A DNA stretch of 64,000 bases, from the NCBI GenBank assembly GCA_950097015.1, contig CATNEN010000032.1:186001-250000 (forward strand), read 5' to 3'. This stretch comes from Macrostomum hystrix. Lineage: Eukaryota; Animalia; Platyhelminthes. This document shows positions 56,460 through 64,000 of this stretch, piece after piece (position 1 is the stretch's first letter; every line of letters begins with the position of its first letter). The notes below the pieces were generated by a model, which was not told the origin of the DNA, did not search any database, and was given only the letters and a program-made list of their open reading frames with translations. The position numbers were made by a program, and so were the translations under genes.

Positions 56460-59379
56460 GGCAATAGAACTGCCTGTCTGCTTTTCGTCTTCCTCAGCGG
56501 ATTGCTGAAGGAAAAATAAACTGTCAAGTCAATAAAAAAGCAAATGTACAAGATAATGCTGGAAAATTGTTAAAATAAAAACTTTTTTAATTCTACTCAT
56601 TAGAATATATCTAGTTTAGATAGCTCGTAATAGTAAAACATAATGAACAGAAAAAGTAGCAATAGCAGATACAATACAATTTATATTGATAAAAACTCGC
56701 CACTGGAATCTGTCTAAACAAAAGCTACGCATATTCAACTGGAAATTGACAAAAAATATTTGCATTTTGCAGGTTCTACTACAGTCAATCAGTGATTTTT
56801 TTATATAAGGTAGAATATTTAATATAATAAAAATCGATAGCAAGCTAGTGCACCAAGACAGGGGCACTATGTAGACTGACAATTAGCATTTTAGATAACA
56901 TAATTAAGGAACTATCTAGTAGGCCCTATATACAAGAGGACCTTATAAGCTTTGAATTTCAGGAATAAAAGCTATTGCTTAAAAAAAGTAATTTTGTCAA
57001 TTAATTTACAGAAGGAATACCAACAAAACATAGATACTAAAAAATCATGCAAAAATTATACAAATACATAAATACAAATAAATATTAAAGATACTGTTTC
57101 TTAAAGTTGGCCTATTTTATTTTTTGCCACTGAAACCTAAATCAAAATAAGACATAAAAGGACCTAAAAATTGAGCATAGCACAATGAAATATAGTTTGA
57201 TATTGTGATGTTAAATAGATAAAAAACTACTTTAAAGAGGGATACCATGGCAACTTTTGACCTGGCTACTGTCATGCCTATAGCAACCCAGACTTAAATG
57301 ACCATCTACTAAGCAGCTGCCTTGCCTATATGCCTGCCCATGACAGTACCTTAGGGCTCCAGTCATAGTTGCCACAGGTCGTGAAGAAATTAGTAGCGCA
57401 GAAAGGTAAAAATAGCGCAGGTTCACCCAAATGACAAAATGTGCGATATATATGACCCCCTTTGCTGCCCAGCCCCTCGCCCACGCCCAACTGCTTCTTT
57501 CTCTCCCTCTTACTGTCTGTCATCCAGACAATGACAGCAAAAGGCAGCATAAATTAATGTGCACTGAATAAGAAACCTGTTTATTTTTTAGCAAAAAATT
57601 GATTTGTCTCAGAAGGGTTTTAAGTATAAAGGGAGGGGGAAGAAATCCAGACAGAAGACATCCATGGGGTGGGCCTTAATCCTTTTTAGTCTTTGGGTAG
57701 AAAAGTGGACAAGAGAGAGATTCACAGCCCAGCCAATAGCAAGTGAGCTGTGGCGTTTGACTTTAAAGTTGGGGTAAGAGAAGCGTCAAAATAAACATGG
57801 GGTTACACCAGGGGTCAGCAATCTAACTGCAACCCCTCCTCCAGAGACTTCTAGAAATAACGACTGGACCCGCAAGCCGCAAGGCACAGCGATGACTAAT
57901 GTTTTCCCTGCAAGTTGAGGCCGGCATTTTTAGGGGCAGATGGAAGTGCACAAACTTGTTTACTGCAGCCAGAGACTTCTAGAAGTAATAGCTTTGTTAT
58001 TTCTAGAAGTCTCTGCCCCTCCTCCAATGTACAGTATCAGTCTGGTGAGAGAAAAACAATCGCATAAAGCTCAACTTGTGACAGAAATCACACTTCAGCG
58101 CAGAATTGGTCATGTTTTGCAAATAGTAGCGCAATAGCGCAGGCAATTGAGAATAGTGCAGCTGCGCTAAAATAGCGCAGCAGTGGCAACTATGCTCCAC
58201 CAACCTAAAATGCATCCTAGAGGGTAACACTTACATCTAATTATGAGTGAGCCACACTGAAACCCCTGCTGACAATACTGACTAGTGTGGCTCCTAGATG
58301 CCAGTCTAAGACAAGTGGGACTTAGAGTAAAGAAAAAGCTTTGATTCCATGGCTGTGCCCTAAATGAATTGGGCTTTGTGGCAGAATCAAGCCTATGAAC
58401 CTTTGTATGAGAGGAAAATGTGGCACTGACCCCTTCTTCTTAAAGCTATATACTTGAAAACTTTAGAAGTAGTTCAGAAAGAAAACTTTTAAATAGTGAA
58501 CACCAACCTTTTTAAAAGAGTGATCCAAGATTTTTTAATTTCACTGCACAATACTTCTAGTAGGCTAGTGAATGAAAGCTGATAAATAATATTAATCAAA
58601 TATATATCTAATTAATTTAATACTAGATAAATTCAAGAGTTTAATAGACAAAGACAGATTTTAAAGGGTTTCAAGTCTTTTTGTCTGCTATAAACATGTC
58701 TTTAAAATAAACTAAGTACAAACTTGTTTGCCATAAAGATAATTAAAACAAAGTTGTCTGCAATGGTCATAGAAAATTGTATTCATTTTTTGAATACATA
58801 CATGCTAGAAAGCTCACAAAATTTAGTTTGTGAGAAAGTATTTACAAGAAAGAAGCACTTTGCAAGTACAAGTACAAGGCCATCAAATCAGATGTGTGCA
58901 AATTATGTTATGCACTATCTAGTTAACTTACCTTTTGTATTCATGAGTTAGCAAGTCGTCTTTTGGAAATCAGACATTATCACTGAGCATCACTGCACAC
59001 AAAACAAAAAGTAAGACCTATGTAAAAATCTGTTGAAGTTATTCAAAGAACTCAAAAATTCTGCTGATCTACCATCCCCACATTGGCATGATACTGATAG
59101 CAATTTAGCAAGGTAATTTCTTCTCATTTCAGTTAGGTAGTTGTTATTTGTCCGGTTAACTGAACAAATAGCCATTTGATTATTCGTCCGGTTAACTGGT
59201 TAACTACCCAGTCGGTTGATGAATATGTAGGTTGAAATGTAGAACACTGTCGTAACACACTGGCAACTTTGTTGATCTATTGAGGGTTCAACAAAACATT
59301 CAAACCCGAAAGGGCTTCATTTCAAAGAACAGAACTGCATGGATAAATGGCAGTTCAACAAAACATTTACACGGAATTA

Positions 59380-59585
59380 ACGGCACCACATATTTATATA
59401 AAGAGTTTTAGACCTATTCATACAAGCCATCATGTGGATAAGCAGAAAATTATCGGCACGGCTCTGTGTGGATAAAATTGAATTTAATGGCACGGCATAT
59501 ATAAAGAGTTGTAGACCTATTCATACAAGCTGCCATGTGGATAAGCAGAAAATTATCAGCACGGATCCGTGTGGATAAAATTAAC
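59380..59585. repeat. About 105-bp tandem duplication, 2 copies
   Basis: ATATAAAGAGTT.TAGACCTATTCATACAAGC...GTGGATAAGCAGAAAATTATC.GCACGG appears twice. Confidence 0.8.
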
Positions 59586-60094
59586 ATTATTGGCATAGGA
59601 CCGTGGGAATAAGCTCTGCCTTCAGTTAAGGCCAAATTGGCCAACTCATGTTGCGAGCTGCTTATGAATTTCACTTGCCCACAAAAGAATCATGGTTTGT
59701 CTGTTAACAGCCAAGATAGCGGGAGAAAAAGCGACCAGAGCATTCTAAGACTCTAAACTAATATTTTAAAAACTATTATATTTATTAACAACAGGTTTGG
59801 TCCCACCCACTGTAGTCCTTTGTGGTTTCATTGTTTAAATTAAACAGACATGAAATTAATTAACATTAGAAATGAAACCAGAAACCTAATTTTAATATTA
59901 TATTATCTCACCCATTAGATCCCAAGCAACAAACGTGACAACTCAATAGGCCTAGTATAGACAGTTGCTAGCCAATGCTAGGCCTATTGCTATGCACCTA
60001 ATATAGTATTAGGCTATTAGTATTATGGTCATGGCTTGATTTTGCTAGTACCATGGACATGTCTACTGTGCCCCTAAGTTCCAGAATTATAGAC

Positions 60095-60839
60095 GGTTGA
60101 CGGTGATTTCGTCTGCCGCCTTTTCGTCTGCCGCCTTTTCGTCTGCCAATATACGATATAGTCGTTTCGTCTGCCAATATATATAATATATAAATCGGAA
60201 TAACTTATTATGTCATCAAGCTTCGCATGGAAGAACGTAAATGTCTTATTAATTATAATTTATTATAATGCTAGGATTTTTCTGAAAGTTCCGGAGCTAA
60301 TATGTTGCATATAAATACACAAAGCCAGAAGCAAATATCTCCAACCGTTTAGTTTCCTTCCAACTTTCTTTTTTTCGTGTATGTAAACTCATATGCAATT
60401 TATTCACGAATACAAGTAGCTTAAAAGCACAAAGTGTAAAATGTTGCCAAAAGGTGCCATCGAGGAACCATCGAGTGCAGCTTGACAGAGCCCTGAGCTG
60501 CTCATGGCTGGCGACCACAATGTGCCGCTTGCCTGTGCGAGCAACTGGCACATCGGCGTGTAGAAAAGGTTGTGGGATATCCTCTCCATTGAGATCGAAA
60601 TCCAGTGTTTGTGGGTGGCGACGCCGGTCCTTAGTTAGGTTTCGTAGAAAATGAAGAAAAACAAAATGTATCAATATAAATAAGAAAACATACTTAAAAC
60701 TTGCTTATACTAATTTATTTTAATTCCCTACATAAAAATACTAAATAAGTAAACCAAAATAAACATAAATAAAAAAGTCGTTTCGTCTGCTAAAATTCTT
60801 TGGCAGACGAAAAGGCGGCAGACGAAATCACCGCGGACC
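60095..60839 (-). mobile_element. Non-autonomous MULE (Mutator-like) deletion derivative
   Basis: About 38-bp TIRs (core CGGTGATTTCGTCTGCCGCCTTTTCGTCTGCC at 60101-60132, inverted at 60802-60833) and a perfect 8-bp TSD TTATAGAC (60087-60094, 60840-60847). The internal minus-strand fragment RHIVVASHEQLRAL..CTRWFLDGTF resembles the first catalytic D region of MULE transposases. Confidence 0.85.
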
Positions 60840-63094
60840 TTATAGACATAGCCGCTGTGTCCATGAGTCATGATCAAAAGACAAATCAATATTAGGGACA
60901 CGGATAGATAGGAGCCTAAGTTAAAGACTATGAGCATAGTAATTTGAACTGATCAAATTTATAACTTTAATAAAATATTCGAGATATAGACTTCGAATAT
61001 CTAACAAGTTAAACTAATTTTATTAAATAAAGTTATTGCAGCATCAATAATTCACTACATTTGCCAGTTGTCAACAGGGTGCGAGGCTTATCGATGTCGA
61101 CGTCGTAGAGCGCATTATTCAAACATTTTTACGTTTGAAATTATCTCAGTGAGTTTACATCAAGTAAAACAACATATATTTTTCCCGCGAAATCTTATAC
61201 CTCTAACCTAAAAGCCAAGTATTTCCAAGAGACTGCCGTGTAATCGAGACCTTTAAAGAATGATTGTTGATCGCCTGCATCCGTATTCAGATTTATTTAA
61301 TTTGCACCTCATTTATTCGCATTTCGTCTTCCGCCTATCATTTGCGCCGCCTGTTCCTATTTTCCTTTTTCTAAACTAAAGGCAGGGGCTGTTACGCCAA
61401 CTTTTGCGCTAACTTTATAAACTCAAGATCAATAATTCTGTTGATTTTTATGGCTGCGCCACATGTGCTGGCCGAGAAAAATTTCATGCTTTTTTTACTA
61501 TTAATCTTTATTAGTCTTTGCCTATAATTAATTTGTTAAGGATCAAGAGACCGCGCGAAATTGGCAGAACTGCATGCTTTCTGGCTGCGGATCCACTGTC
61601 ACCAAATCATGCGCTAATGCCCATAGCCCTCCTGCAACTATTATTATAATTTATTAATTATATATATTATGGTTGTTGTCGTTGTTGTTGTTGTTTTAGT
61701 CTTCCTTTTTTTCCGAAACACTTTCCGTCAGGTGACGCCCGGTCCTCGGGATCGAGGTATCGTCGCTCAGGTGCCGGAATGCCCATGGTACGGTGATCCT
61801 GATCCAGCGCCTGGGCACTCTCCGACGATGTACTCTCGATGTTCTCCGCTGTGATCGGTCTGCAGTCTGCCAGTCTCTGTTGTTGTTGTCTGCGGACTTG
61901 GCTCTAGTCCCATGCATGCAGCTACCCTGAGAGGCTTGGCTCTCTGCAAGAGAACAAACCCCGCGGGGCAGCTGTCGGTAGCTACAACACCGCCCTCAGG
62001 CGACGAGCAGTGACCGAATCCCTGCACTTTTAGCCGCCCAGTTGTTAGCCGGGCGTTTGCCTACCCTCCGCGGTGCCGGATAGGAGCCACAGCGACAGCC
62101 TAAAGCCTATAGAGGCTTTGCATTCGAGCATCAACAGCAGCAATAGTGTACAGCGGTATACTGATGTACTCGTATTATTTTCATTCGTGATCGATTGACT
62201 GACTGATTAACACTGATTGACTCAGACTTAAACGAACACAACAAATGCACACGGAAAAGGCAATTAGAATGTTGTCTATGCTAAAATTTATTACAATCAT
62301 GATACGTATTTCCGGTGGCTTACTAATGCTACATACACACCCGCATGCAAATATTGATCTCGTATCGAAAGGATGCTGGCACGCGGGGCTGCCTGCTTAG
62401 CTGCTACTGCATGGCTATGGCTACTGCTAGCTGCTGCTGCTTGGCTGCTACTGCATGGCTGCTGCTGCTGCTTCTGGCTGCTGCTAATAGCTGCTGCTGC
62501 TATAATGCTCTAGTGCTGTATTTCTTAATTAGCTGCTGAGCTGCTGTATCCTATATACTGGTGCTGTGCTATTCCGCTGCAAATGAGGAAAAGGCTCGAT
62601 ATATAAAATAGGCCGTTTTTATATACCGAACTTAAAGCCTAAATTAGTCACCTAACTTAAAAGCCTAAATTAAAAGGGGCATCCCTGTCTCAAAATACAT
62701 GGTCTATGGAAGAAGGGGTGTGGAATGACCTCGCCCCACTGCCCTGTTTTGAAAAAGAGAAGGCTCTTAACTAGGGATGCCAATTCCCCGGACTTTTAAA
62801 ACCCCGGGGAGACGGGGGAATTTTCGGCGTTTTCCCCGGACAAAAAGACAAAACACCGCAGATGCAGTTTATAAAATGTACTTTTGCTATGTTTTTTCGC
62901 ATCTTCACATAACACATTCGTAGCTTTATCTGCATGTACTGAAGAACGTCAAATATACTAAAATACTAGTTCATTTTGTTTAAAATATACTTTTTTATTG
63001 CAGATTTATGTCGTATCACGTTACGTGTGATTGTGATTTTGGTTGTCTGTGGTTTGTGACCGTTGGCATCAAACTGATTGAATATTCAAATTAG

Positions 63095-63969
63095 ATGTTA
63101 CCCATCGAGGACTGGTTGCGCTGGTCCCAATGTGGACGAAGCCATGCGGTCGATGGCGCGGCACCACCTGCTTGCTAATACTAGGTCGTGTGAAGCGTGC
63201 GACATTCCTATGTCGCTCCAACGCCGTGCTGGCATGGACTGCATCGATGGCTGGCGGTGGTCCTGTAAGGAGTGTAAGCAGCACCGCTCGATTAGGAAGG
63301 ACTCCTTTTTTGCAGAGAGTCACCTGACGCTGCTCCAGCTCATCGACGTCATTTACTTTTGGGCGAAGAACCTGCGGGATACCGATATTGAGGGGGAGGC
63401 CCAAATCAGCCGTCACACTGCGGTTGACTGGCTCAACTTCATCCGTGATATCTGCGCGATGTATCTGCTGGATCACCCAATGCAGCTCGGCGGCCCAGGT
63501 GTCGATGTGGAAATCGACGAAAGCAAGTTTTATGCACCGCAAGTACTATCGGGGCCAGTACCGTGAAGGTCATTGGGTGCTCGGTATGGTCGAGAGAGGC
63601 ACAGCCCACTGCTCATTGGTTGTCGTTGTCGACAGATCCGCCAATAGCCTACTGCCGATCATCAACCAGACCGTGCTTCCAGGAACGCGCATTATTACGG
63701 ACCAATGGGCCTCCTACAACACGCTGGCCAACCATCTAACGGTCAACCACTCGCTGCACTTCCGGGACCCCAACAACCAAGCGGCTCAGACGAATACCGT
63801 CGAGGGAATGTGGGGAAATTGCAAGGCGAAGTATCGAGCCATGCACGGAACCTATGACAGTTTATTCGAAACGTACCTGCAGGAGTTTATGTGGCGCCAA
63901 GCCTTCCCCGAACGCCAGTTTGGCAATATCCTCTACTGGATAACGCACTACTACTACTACCCTGTGTAG
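63095..63969 (+). mobile_element. Merlin (IS1595/ISXO2-like) DDE transposase, two +1 frameshifts
   Basis: Zn-ribbon CEAC...WSCKEC, SIRKDSFF, VEIDESKF, WVLGMVER, IITDQWASY, VNHS..F, TNTVEGMW, YLQEFMWR. Removing one C from CCC (about 63127) and one T from TTTT (about 63529) gives a 290-aa ORF from the ATG at 63095. Confidence 0.88.
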
Positions 63970-64000
63970 TGCGAACGTGCGGACGTGAACTTGAACTTGC

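Noticed and set aside
61640-62100. GC-rich minus-strand open frames ending near an (AAC)n/AT-rich tract (possible LINE 3' end or exon)
   Set aside because: No recognisable protein motif or reliable boundaries.
62679-62781. 9-bp inverted repeat GGCATCCCT/AGGGATGCC suggesting a 100-bp MITE or the Merlin left end
   Set aside because: Too short, no TSD, and equally explained as two unrelated hAT-like ends.

Overview
Eukaryotic (invertebrate) genomic DNA, not prokaryotic. Short GT-AG introns, poly-Q/A-rich proteins and TTAGGG repeats suggest a flatworm such as Macrostomum, but that is inference only. Seven conserved genes were reconstructed by hand with in-frame splice junctions: ICA1/ICA69 (-, 8 coding exons), intronless TSEN54 (-), flotillin-1 (+), a 12-exon anosmin-1/KAL1 (+), CCT7 (-), SPAG1 (-) and RNF146 (-). 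Roughly a quarter of the window (hand estimate, about 17 kb) is mini/microsatellite arrays, mostly inside introns, and these generate most of the long ORFs in the supplied track, which are spurious. Mobile DNA includes two tRNA-derived SINE families, two head-to-tail non-autonomous Helitrons, a TIR/TSD-bounded MULE deletion derivative, a Merlin (ISXO2-like) transposase broken only by two homopolymer +1 shifts, and a frameshifted THAP gene or relic. The best leads are: (i) two operon-like co-oriented clusters (TSEN54>ICA1 and RNF146>SPAG1>CCT7) whose poly(A) signals lie tens to about 200 nt from the next gene's first splice site or exon, suggesting trans-spliced polycistrons that link an HSP70/90 co-chaperone with a CCT subunit; (ii) introns inflated by related minisatellites whose units recur between introns and genes; and (iii) a SPAG1 with about 22 tandem SQPxV repeats in place of the middle TPR domain. 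No CRISPR array, rRNA, true tRNA or SL-RNA gene was seen.
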